A program made the translations under genes and the position numbers. From contig OZ024740.1 in the NCBI GenBank assembly GCA_964016885.1, positions 200,384,001-200,448,000 of the forward strand: a DNA stretch of 64,000 bases, read 5' to 3'. Below, in pieces: positions 52,550 through 64,000 of this stretch (the first letter of the stretch is position 1; every line of letters starts with the position of its first letter). A model generated the notes under the pieces. It made no database searches and was not told where the DNA came from. It saw nothing but the letters and a program-made list of their open reading frames with translations. The DNA comes from Eledone cirrhosa (Eukaryota).

Positions 52550-55500
52550 TAAAAGAGAAAACACAGGTAAGCATCAAGAGAAGGATTTTATCCAGGTATT
52601 TACGACCGTTTCATTGGTAAGTGCAACCTTATATTGCTATACTGCAAATGCCTTTGAACAGGACTTACTGAAGATGATTATGAATATCAAATTCAAAAAG
52701 CGGAGGAATAATAAACTCTAGAATGATATAAATACATTCCTAAAAAAGCTGCGAACCACCAATGGAATTATTGTCAAAGCGGACAAAACATCAAATGTGT
52801 ATACGATGGATGTTAATACATACAATAGCTTCATACGGAAGGAATTACACAGGAAATACAAAAAAACTAATGAGGTGGCACTGATAAACATCAACAACGA
52901 GTAACACAATATAGTCAAACACCTAGGAATAGACGACAGAACGGAGCCACTTAGGCGATGCACCCCCACATTTAACCTCAAGGACCACACGGTAAATGTT
53001 GCTTATAACACCACAATTAGACTTATATGCCCATCCAAATTGGACATCGGGAAAAGTAGTAAACATATATTAGACATAGTGATAGCACAAATGAAGAATA
53101 AACTAGTGATTAAACTATGGGGTAACGCTACCGAAACAATTAAGTGGTTTAACAATATAGCTATCAAAGAAGTATCTAAATTTATACAATTTGAGATTAA
53201 CGATTATTACTCATCTATATCCCCCAACACCTTGGATAAAGCCTTAGCATTCGCCAAAGCCAATTCTGACATAACAGACGACGAGATAAAAATCATATTA
53301 GCTGCTAGGAAAACAATAATTAAATTTGAAAACGCCTATTGGGAACGTAAGGATAGATTAAATAACTTTGACATCACGATGGGGCTAACGACTCGGCTCA
53401 AGTCACAGATTTAGTAGGTATTTACATAGCCCATAGCTTACAAAGTGTGTTTAGCGACCTTCACGGTGGAATATACAGAGACGGCGCCCTTCTCCTAGAT
53501 AAGAACCTAAATAACCAGAGCATAGAAAGACTCTGTAAGAATATTAGAAATACTCTCGGGAAACTAGGCCTTTGCATAACGTATGAGTATAGCACTAAAA
53601 CAGTTAACTTTCTAGACGCGGCGCTGAACCTAAACACGGGACTTATAAGACCTTTTCACAAGATTAATGAAAACTTAGCATACATCAACTGTAACTCAAA
53701 CCACCCACTATCCATAATTAAATCCATTCCACGCAGCATATCCCTTAGGATCTCCCGCCTCTCGTCTAACCGACAAATCTTCGAAGAACATGCAGAATAC
53801 TACAATACCGCATTAGACAAGACAGGCCACTTAGATAGAGTAGAATATATAGATGAAAGTCTCCGTGAAGCGCACACGAACACGCATAACACAAACTCCG
53901 GTAACACACGCACACACGCACTTACGCATAGAACTGCAAAGTATACGGCATATAGAAATACAACATCGAAATCAAACAAGTCACGCAGTAGAAAATATAT
54001 TTGGTATAACCCCATATTTAACACCTCTATTAGTACTAACCTACACTCTACCTTCTTTAGAATAATAAATAAGCACTTTCCAGATTCACATAGATACAGC
54101 AAACTCCTTAACACTAAATCTATTAGACTATCTTACTCCACGGCACCAAATATAGAGGCACACATTAAGATGCTTAACGCTAAAAAGATACATAACAACA
54201 CCAAAACACAAATTTAAAACAATAACAATACAATCACCACCGAACACAACAGAATATATAATACACAACCACCCGCTAAAAGGCAAACAAAACGTAACAC
54301 ACTTGTACAGGCATCGCAGCCCACCAATAATGCCAAGTTGCCCATGACAAGAATTGTAACTGCCACCTATCTGAAACCTGTCCATTACATAATGAATGTA
54401 TGCAGTCTAACCTGGTTTACCAATGCACAGTGGAATCAGACAACCAGAAATGGTATTACATCGGAGCGACTGGGAATACATTTAAAGCCCGTTGGTATAC
54501 ATACCGTTACGCAATGAAACATTCCCAGCATCGTTATGTAACTACCCTTGCAAACAAGACCTGGCAACTGAGGGAAAGTAACCATCAATACACCCTGAAG
54601 TGGAAACAATTACCGAACTCTCCCCCATATCGGAGTGGTATGAGAAGCTGTCGATTATGCGACCTTGAGCTGTTCCACATCTTGAGTTCGAAGAATAAGT
54701 TACTCAACAATAAAATCGAAAGATCAATTTATTGTAACCATAGACTCAAAGAGAAGATTTCGGACTACAAATCGAACCCTTAACCTCTTACTACCAACTG
54801 ACAAACTGCATATACTTAGACTTTATACCCTCTTGTTGTATCTAAACCCTTTTAATTACCCACAAAACCAATACCTATATCCCCCTCTTCTCCCTCATTC
54901 CTCTTCTATTTTTTCGTTTTCTTCCTTTCTTCCCTCCTCTTCTTGGGTATCTTTTCTTTTCTTCTTTCTCACCCCTTCTTTGCTTTTATTTTTGTCATTA
55001 TTATCTTTATCTTTATTTTTTTATATATATATATATATTTATCTCTTTATATCTCACCCCTCTCTCTCTCCCTCTCTATCAATCCCTCCCACTATGATCA
55101 ATGTAATTCCCTTTAACTTAACTACATTCCACGACATGAAGTCTGCTATCAAAACTGACCAAGGAATCTTTCCATCTCTACCCCTCCCTCCATCTCAGTT
55201 TGTCACTCTACTTCCTACCTCTTCCTCCTTCCTCTCTCTCTATACTATTCCGTTTGGCCCCTCACCTTCTGATTCCTCTCTCTCTATACTAGTAAATACA
55301 ATTCCAAATAAATGTTTTTCAAGATTAACTTACTCACTATTTTAAAAATTTGGACTGTGAACAACAATTATAATTGAGTGGCTGCTATTTGCAGTATAGC
55401 AATATAAGGTTGCACTTACCAATGAAACGCTCGTAAATACCTGGATAAAATCCTTCTCTTAATGCTTACCTGTGTTTTCTCTTTTATACGTTATACTCCA

Positions 55501-55616
55501 AGATTGAACGGAATATTACAAACTTGTGGAGTTACCCCTAACCGTACGTTGAAACCATCCATGAAACTGGCTTTCTTAACCAAGAACTGGATCACAATAA
55601 GCAATTTCTTGCTCCT

Positions 55617-55627
<11 letters not shown>
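52547..55627 (+). mobile_element. Penelope-like retroelement: disrupted RT plus GIY-YIG, with an inverted 5' pseudo-LTR, between (TA)n tracts
   Basis: VKADKTSNVY, RLICPSKLDIGK, FEINDYYSSI, FDITMG, GGIYRDG (YRDD motif), VNFLD, YINCNSNHP, IWYNP; GIY-YIG NLVYQC..YYIGATGNTFKARW..CRLC. Inverted repeat 52547-52649 / 55387-55489. Confidence 0.93.
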
Positions 55628-55715
<88 letters not shown>

Positions 55716-56576
55716 AGGGAGAAGAGAGAGAGAGAAAGAGCGACAGAGAGAGAGAGAGATATTACTTAAAAATCATTGCAACTAAGCATGTTTTCTTCGG
55801 GTCTCAGACTTTCATGACTGCATTCGATTAATCGTAGCAATTTAGTATCATCTGCACCACCGGTCTTTACTCTTTAGTAAAATATATTTATGCTACATGG
55901 TGTAGTTTATTTCTGGTGCTGAATCACAGGAAAAAAATGTTTTTCTTTTAGCTCTCGCGAGCTATACTTTTTGGATTTTTCTTTTGTTTTGTGTTGAATG
56001 CATTTGTTTTTTTTTCTGATATAGCACACGGGTGCAAAGGGCATTTTTCCATTCGATATGCTGTCGATTTTCTTGGCCGTCTAACGGGCGTTTGTTGGTT
56101 TATTGCTTAACGAATTCAAGCCTTATATAATACCGAATGACAGGTTGTCATAAACAAATGTTGGATCCTGCGAACACCAAAAATATTTAGAAAATCTAGT
56201 CAAAAACATAAGGATAATTTCCAAAATCTTATTTAGCAGAGATATATTTAAAACAATGCCCCAGTAGTATGAGGTTTTAAGGAGGAAATTAGTTGCAGCA
56301 TTATATTTACCCAACTAGCGAAAACTAGAAGCCTAAATCCTATAAGGTTTACTCCACCCTTTTCGCTAAATGTAAAAACTAATACCAACAGGACATTTAT
56401 TGCTGTAATAGACACTTACATGCTAACCATATATACAAGACGCTATTTAACAGGCATAACATTGACATCATATTTAGCCCATGTCCAACTTCAAAGGTAT
56501 AGTAACTAACAAACCACCACTATCCGATTTCACCGGTTGTGGTTGTAAGAACTGAGATATATGTCCACTAGATGAT

Positions 56577-57560
56577 CTTCTTCTTCTTCTTCTTCTTCTT
56601 CTTCTTCTTCTTCTTCTTCTTCTTCTTCTTCTTCTTCTTCTTCTTCTTCTTCTTCTTCTTCTTCTTCTTCTTCTTCTTCTCCTCTGCCATATTCCAGGGA
56701 GGTTCGTAGGGGCAGAGTTCTCAAACACACCTTTCAACAGTTTCCTATTAGACACAACCGTCTCTAATTGATCCGTCTGGATCCCCAAGCGAGACCAGCC
56801 AAGCTCATGGATGTTATCGAACAATTTTGCTCGTGCTCTGAACCCGATTCTCCTGCCAGTTGGTTTTCCCCGTAGAATCTGTCCAGCAATTCTTTCCTGA
56901 GACATTTGAAACACATGCCCAGAATATCGGAGCTGGGATCTCTCAATTCGGTGAAGTAGTGGCTCTGCCTGGAGCAGTTCTACTCACTATCGAGTAACGT
57001 TACTCAAAAGATCCTTCAGAGGAACTCCATCTTGGTCGCTTATATTCGCGATCATATTATTGTGGACATTACCCAAGATTCATGACAATAGGTAAGGTTT
57101 GAAACGAAGATAGCTAGTTTGTCTTTTACACATAGCTCCTTTCTTATAATAAGCAAATGTGGAAGCAGGCAAATTACTCCACTAGATCGTGCCTTGCAAT
57201 TCTTGCACTTAATTCAGCTTTCTACCTCCCATCACTCGTAAACGTGGCCCCGAGATACTTGAACGTCTCAATCTGCTTCAGTGGGATTCCACTCACATTT
57301 AGAGTGCATTGGCCAGGCTTCTGTGACAGGATGAGTATCTCAGTTTTCGCAGAATGGATAGGTTTGATGCAACATACGACATCAAACCTAACAAGTGCAA
57401 GGCGAAGATCACCTTTTGACGAGTTAAGTAATGTTGTCTTCAGATTTCAGCCGACTTATACTACACCTGCCATTCTTGATATCACTTCCGACCCAGATGC
57501 GCTTATCAATCCGGTTTATGAAAATTATGAACAGGAGGGAACCGGGAGCTTGTAAGTATC
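56577..57560 (-). mobile_element. RTE-clade LINE 3' fragment with a (GAA)n tail (56577-56680)
   Basis: Minus strand: PLKQIETFKYLGATFTSDG and MSQERIAGQILRGKPTGRR, ending in a long GAA repeat. Confidence 0.85.
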
Positions 57561-58035
57561 CCCACTTCCGCATGTGCAGGTATTTCTGGCGGCGCATCTG
57601 AATAGTGTGGTTTCAACCATGGGCGTTTGCTTGGAAAACATACGCGTTGTGAATAGTGCAGACTTTGCATGCATGTAGGACTGCTGCTCGACTAAATAAC
57701 ATCTTGTCACCCGTATGCCATGGAAGAGATAAACCCAGTATCAGTCGGTCATGGCGGCATACATATGAAGAATCATATTTCCTTTCCAATGTCAGGGAGA
57801 TTTCATCTAAACAGGTTTATAGCCAATATCAAATAGTAACGTAATATTATGAGCAGAACCTATGAAATACATCCTGTGGATTTCTGCTTCCACTGTAACA
57901 GAAATTTACAAGGACCAACGATGCGAACAATTCTACACGTTTATTCCACTGATGTATAAGACGAAGATAAGCAGCAGGGATATTTGAGCATATGTCAGTT
58001 CAGTATATCTATGCATTTATTTATATATATATATT

Positions 58036-59344
58036 CTAGGGCGGGTAAAATTCCCGAGATCCATGGACTAGTTCTCTCCAGCGGTCTCTGTCCCTCATTA
58101 TCGCTGCCATGTCCTGCGTCTCCAACAGATCAGTGTCTGTCCTTAGGGCATCAACATCCTTAACCTTGGTCTTCCTCTTCCAGTGTGTCCATGTAAGTGC
58201 TCCCACAGGAGCACTGAGTGCAATGTCAACTCTGGATGTCGGTGAGCATGTCCAGCTAACCTCAGTCTCCTCTGTGTCACTTTTGAGCTGACTTTTGGAG
58301 GCTCTCATGCCGCTCTGAGTTTTTCATCATCAATGTATACTGATTAATGTTCAGAGCCATCCTCAGCATTCTCGTGTAGCACCCATCCACTATCTGAGTG
58401 AGTTTCTTGGTCAGTGTCCAAGTCTAAAACCCGTACAGCAGCACAGACTCCACTACAGCAATTAAGAGGCGGATTTTCAGGTCTTTACGAAGGTCCGACT
58501 TCCACACCGATGTCAAGCTGTGGCACGCCGCCCAGGCTTTGCTCTTCCTCTCAACCACATCATCTTCCGTATTGCCAATTTTTTTTCCCAAATACAGAAA
58601 GTCCTCAACCAATTCTAGCCGCTTCCCGCCTACATTAGTGATCCCCTCTGGATTCTCAACATTCTCTACCAGATATTTTGTTTTAGTCTCATTCATTCTC
58701 AGCCCCACACTCATCGACACAGTCTTAACCTCCTGCATCAAATCCCCTGCCTCCTTCACTGTATTTGTCACCAACATTATGTCGTCGGCAAATTCAGCAT
58801 CTAATATCTTTTTCGTCTTAACTCTCCTGCTCTGAGCCGGTGCTACAGTAAAGCCAGCGTCCTGGTGTTTCTCCAGTGCAAGGCGCATACAATAGCCCAC
58901 TACGATGATAAAAAGGTAGGGAGCCAATATGTCTCCCTGGAGCCAAAAAAGAGAGATCTCTCTAACAACAACAACTACAGGGGGATCCCACTGACGTCAC
59001 TTGTGGCAAAGACCCTCAACAGGATGATTCTTAACAGGATCCAGCCTGAGATGGAGAAGAAGCTCAGGGACAACCAGAACGGCTTCAGAGAGGGAAGATC
59101 AACCACCAGTCACATCCTGATGTTGAGGATGATATTAGAGGGTGCTAGAGCAAAGTACCTTCCTGCAGTCATGGTTTTCATTGGCTTTAGGAAGGCGTTT
59201 GATTCTATGGACCGTCACTGCCTGATGAAGATCTTACAGGCTTATGGAATCCCCAAGAAGATAGTGGACCTGATATCACTGCTCTATACCAACACCAAAC
59301 CCCAAGTCATTACACCTGATGGGATGACTGAGTTCTTTGATATA
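58036..59344. mobile_element. LINE RT fragment with 5' inversion (+ 58943-59344, - 58942-58036)
   Basis: Plus strand: NYRGIPLTS..QNGFREGRST..FIGFRKAFDS..EFFDI. Minus strand: LQGDILAPYLF..EFADDI..DFLYLG..VESVLLYG. Both ends abut short (TA)n. Confidence 0.92.
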
Positions 59345-60977
59345 GATATATATATAAATGTATAGTAATAATAATAAATTTGAAGACTAAAATGCAAAGA
59401 GGGCTCGATAAGGATAAATATATATCAAACATATACGAACCGTAGAGCAAATATTTATTAAAATAACAGATTAAAGTTTAAGCAAAGAATCGCTGCGTTC
59501 ACCCTTAACGGGATCTTCGGGTGAAAGCAATTTGTAAACTTGTGAAGATATAAAGTAAGTGGATCAAAAAGCTTTTTGATTCACTTACTTTATATCTTAA
59601 CAATTTTACATATTTTACTTCCCCCTTTTCTTTCACTACCTGATATCACTTGTCACTTGCGTTTTCAACTACAGATATATTCTGTTGTTCCGCAGCCGCT
59701 TTTATGTATGTTTACTTGCGTATAATTTGCACTCATTTATTCATACGGCTTTTTTTTATATTGTATCTATGCGTGTGAGTGTGCATGTGTGTGTATACGT
59801 GTCTGTATATGTGTACGAATGCATTCGTATGTGCGCGTGTTTTTTATATCTATGTTTTATATCTATGTTTTTTACATACTTATGTATGTACGCATGTATG
59901 TGCTTTTGTCTGTACGTATTTATATATATATATTTATATATATATAAATGGAATAGAATGAAACGAAATTTCATTTCTCACTCTTAGTACGGCACTTACT
60001 TAAATGTAAGTATGTATGTATACGTACATACATATATGTATACAGACGTACAGTAGCATTATATATACATACATGCACACATATATATATGCACGTATCG
60101 GTTTACCGAACATTTATTATAATCCTCGGTTTGTTTGTTTGTAAACAAACAAACAGCCCGAATTACGCCGTACAGTGTTTAGGCAACCACGTCACCTTTT
60201 TGTTCGACATACACAGGAACGATGTACTAGTTTCAAGTTTATTAGCTATCGTCAGCATCGTATACCTTCCTGCCAGATGGTTGAACGTCTCAAAGTATAT
60301 ACTTTCCTTATGCATATTAACAGCATACATACATACATACTTATATATATATATATGTCTGTATGTACGAACCTATGTATGTTTTTTTTTTCTAGTGTTA
60401 CTTTATAATTGATAAACCCTCCCCCTTACTTTCTCTTTGATTTAATTTTTTTATTCTCATATATTTTTTCATTTTCATTTTCATATTTTATATTTTTTAT
60501 ATATGCATCGACCTTCAGCCTGACACTGCTTTGACTGATACACTCCCTTCTCTGTATATATCACTTGCATGTATGTGGTTGCGCGTGTGTGTTTCTTTAT
60601 ACGCGTGTTTTTATACTTGTATGTGTATATATGTCAATCCTTAGTCCCTGAGTCTGTATGTACGCTAACTCTATTATCTTACAATTTCTTTTTTCAACAT
60701 ATATTATATACGTATTTGTGGTCACACATACACTGATATGCTTGCCCTCATGTATGTACTTACGCACACATTTTTTCACTATACACATGCATTTGTACAT
60801 ACACACATATGTACATTTGTAGGTGCATATACACACATTTATACACATACCCTTACTATATTTCCTTATTTTATTTTTATATATATCTTGTATTACTTTT
60901 ATTTATATATTTTTTTACCCGTTAAACTTTTGCCTTTCTTGGGGAGATTTTTCAAATATTTCACTGTTTTAAATTGG

Positions 60978-61043
60978 CTTGTCTGACGAACAAATGACAC
61001 GTTTCTTGTATTCGTCTTATTCGGGAAACCTCTGGTAATGAGG
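60978..61043 (+). ncRNA. Type I hammerhead ribozyme, eroded stems
   Basis: CTTGT-CTGACGA(60983-60989)-...CGTCTTATTCGG-GAAA(61025-61028)-CCTCTGG-TA-ATGAG. Core intact, stem II degraded; about 100 bp upstream of a long (TA)n. Confidence 0.55.
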
Positions 61044-61168
61044 TAATTATATTGTATTGTTTACTATACATTAAATTTAGCTATGTAACTTACATAGAGC
61101 ACTCTTCACTCCTATGACTAATTCAATTTTCAAGGGAAACTTCAATACTTATATATATATATATATAA

Positions 61169-61268
<100 letters not shown>

Positions 61269-61269
61269 C

Positions 61270-63055
61270 CGTTTGTATATGTATATTAAAGCCAAAACAA
61301 TGCAGGAATGGACATAGAATAAAGAATGCAAATGCAAAAGATATTGTTGACAATTAGTCTTTTACCTTTGATTTATTTAAATGTCCTTAATTTTCGAGAT
61401 AATATCTCTTCTTCGGATGGAAGTAAAGCGGTTAAACCAGTGTTCTAAATAGCTTACCAAGTCATGCTGACAGGAAATGGTATAGAGTATCTGTTCTATC
61501 TCTAATATGAAAGAGTTAAGGTTAGGTGGATAAAGAGTAGTCTCCCTTTAAAAGGTTTTTTTTTGTACATGCCTGTTTAAGTGTGGGGGAGAATGCGTGA
61601 AGGTGTAAGTATGTGTGTGAGTGTAAGAAGATATGTCTATACGTAAATGTGGGGGATAGATATTCTCTCGTGTTAGAACTGGTCTTTGTGTGTGTATGTG
61701 TGTGTGTGAGAGAGAATAAGTGGAAGTGTAAGCGTGTGTGTGTATGTGTGTGTGTGTGCGTGTGTTGGGGGGGTTGTAAATATGGGGCTAGATGTTCTAT
61801 CAAGTTATAAATTGGGTGTTGAGTTCTAGTCTATTATTGATTGGTGGTTGTGTTTTGTCTATAATTAATGCTTCCTTAATTCTAATATTGCCGAGGTTTC
61901 TTTCCTTAGTTTCTATCCTAACTGTTATGGTTTTGTCGGTGTTTTTGCATTTAACTAGGTGTTTCTTAAATGAGGAAGCGTTAGTATTGACGTGTTCTTT
62001 TATTCTTATGTGGAGTGGTCTGGTGGAGCTAGCTACGCAGAAGTTGCTGCATTTGTCACACTCTAGTTTGTATACGACGTAAGCCTGGTGGCATAGGTTT
62101 GTGTCGTTGAAGGGGCAGTTGGTTAGCCTGCAGAAGTTGTCATGTCTGTTGGAGTGTCTTTTGGTTTGCTGCGTAGAGAAGGACCTGAAAGGGCTAGTTG
62201 GATATCTAGTCCCTCTCGTCTGATAGCTCTGCGGATAGCTGTTGTTGTTTCGTCACTGATGTTTGGGAGCTTCAGGAAGCAAGTGATAGTGCCTCGGGTG
62301 TGGTGTCCTCTGTTCTTTCTGGCACGCTTCCTCATTTAAAAAACACCTAGTTAAATGCAAAAACACCGACAATACCATAACAGTTAGGATAGAAACTAAG
62401 GAAAGAAACCTCGGCAATCTTAGAATTAAGGAAGCATTAATTATAGACAAAACACAACCACTAATCAATAATAGACTAGAACTCAACACCCAATTTATAA
62501 CTTGATAGAGCATCTAGCCCCATATTTACCCCCCCCCCCCTCCCACACACACGCACACAGACACACACACAAACACACACACACTTACAGCTCCACTTAT
62601 TCTCTCTCAGACACACACATACACACACAAAGACCAGTTCTAACACGAGAGAACATCTATCCCCCACATTTACGTATAGACATATCTTCTTACACTCACA
62701 TACATACTTACACCTTCACGAATTCTCCCACACACTTAAACAGGCATGTACAACAACAACAACAACAACACTTTTAAAGGGAGACTACTCTTTATCCACC
62801 TAACCTTAACTCTTTTATATTACAGATAGAACAGCTACTCTATACCATTTCCTGTCAGCATGACTTGGTAAGCTATTTAGAACACTGGTTTAACCGCTTT
62901 ACTTCCCTCCGAAGAAGAGATATTATCTTGAAAATTAAGGACATTTAAATAAATCTAAGGTAAAAGATTAATTGTCGACGATACCTTTTGCATTTGCATT
63001 CTTTATTCTATATCCATACGTGCATTGTTTTGGCTTTATTTTACATATACAAACG
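61270..63055. mobile_element. Penelope-like element 3' end (GIY-YIG) in a large foldback; arms of about 715-730 bp (61270-61981 / 62324-63055)
   Basis: Minus strand ~62140-61800 reads CPFNDTNLCHQAYVVYKLECDKCSNFCVASSTRPLHIRIKEH...RIKEALII...INNR, upstream of which lies FLKLPNISDETT. The arms read as reverse complements. Confidence 0.92.
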
Positions 63056-63517
63056 TTTATACCTTATTACACAATGCGTCAAGTGAAATATGACTTCCTC
63101 CTATATATATGTATGTGTCTATAAATGTATGTGTATATATATATGTGTATGTATATGCATATAAATGTATGTGTATATATATATATATATGAATATATAT
63201 ACATGAATGTATATACATATATATATATATATAAATATATACATGTGTATAAGAATATATATATACATGTATGTATTTATATATATATATATATGTATAT
63301 ACATACATGTATATATATTCATATATATATATATACATACATTTATATACATATACATATATATACAGATAAATATATAGTGGTAGAATACTGGAAGGTA
63401 AAATCCGTAGTGGTAGAGCACTCAGTCCATGGGACGATTTCGTTAGAAGTGGTTACACAACAGTTAGGTTACCATACCGAGAACAATTGTTTCACCTTAG
63501 CGGATTACGAGCTGAGG

Positions 63518-63558
<41 letters not shown>

Positions 63559-63591
63559 AATAATGGAGCTGCGGCGCTGCAAATGAGTTAC

Positions 63592-63918
63592 ATATGAAAA
63601 AGTTTGTCCTCATCAGTGGCCTTCAACCTGGTTGAAATGTGAGCAGGGAAGGAATTTCGCACAGGTCTAACGGGAAGAAGAAGGGGTCTGGTCTGCGAAT
63701 TCGGTAAACATAAATTCTGTGAAGTCGCAGACGAAAGAGAGAGAAGAAAAAAAAAAAAACTGTTGCTTAAACCATTTTGTTTGTTTACCCTAGCGTCCCC
63801 CTTATTTACGTGTCCCAACGACTTTTTTTAGCCGTTGCTCGCACCAACCTGAGGTATATGGCCTTTAATGCGACGAAATGCCTACGACGGTTGGAAGGCC
63901 ACTGATGAGGACAAACTT

Positions 63919-63926
<8 letters not shown>
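63592..63926. repeat. Small element with ~37-bp inverted ends, each containing an HHR 5' half (GGCCA-CTGATGA-GGAC), near (TA)n tracts
   Basis: 63592-63628 is the reverse complement of 63889-63926. The GAAA half is missing. Confidence 0.7.
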
Positions 63927-63966
<40 letters not shown>

Positions 63967-64000
63967 ATATTTATTATATACCTATATTTATTAAAATAAC

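Noticed and set aside
56474-56914. Poly-Arg / poly-Glu protein ORFs
   Set aside because: They are read-through of an RTE 3' end into its (GAA)n tail.

Overview
This is AT-rich, microsatellite-dense animal DNA. The SINE families and overall repeat landscape resemble cephalopod (Octopus-like) genomes; that assignment is an inference, not a database result. I find no intact host protein-coding gene. The window contains a near full-length but disrupted Helitron Rep-helicase (37.2-41.8 kb), three Penelope-like element (PLE) remnants (RT and/or GIY-YIG), several LINE fragments (RTE and L1/Tx1-like), two of them with twin-priming-type 5' inversions, many tRNA-derived SINEs, MITE-like foldbacks, and a cryptic cluster of at least four heavily decayed, apparently intronless class A GPCR pseudogenes that the ORF track does not reveal. 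The most striking signal is a dense set of type I hammerhead ribozyme (HHR) motifs from several sequence-unrelated families. They lie in mostly non-coding foldback elements strung along (TA)n tracts, and in every paired case the two ribozyme copies point outward. Several families carry non-canonical cores (CCGAnGA, CUGAGAA). All alignments, translations and folds were done by eye, and coordinates may be off by a few bases.
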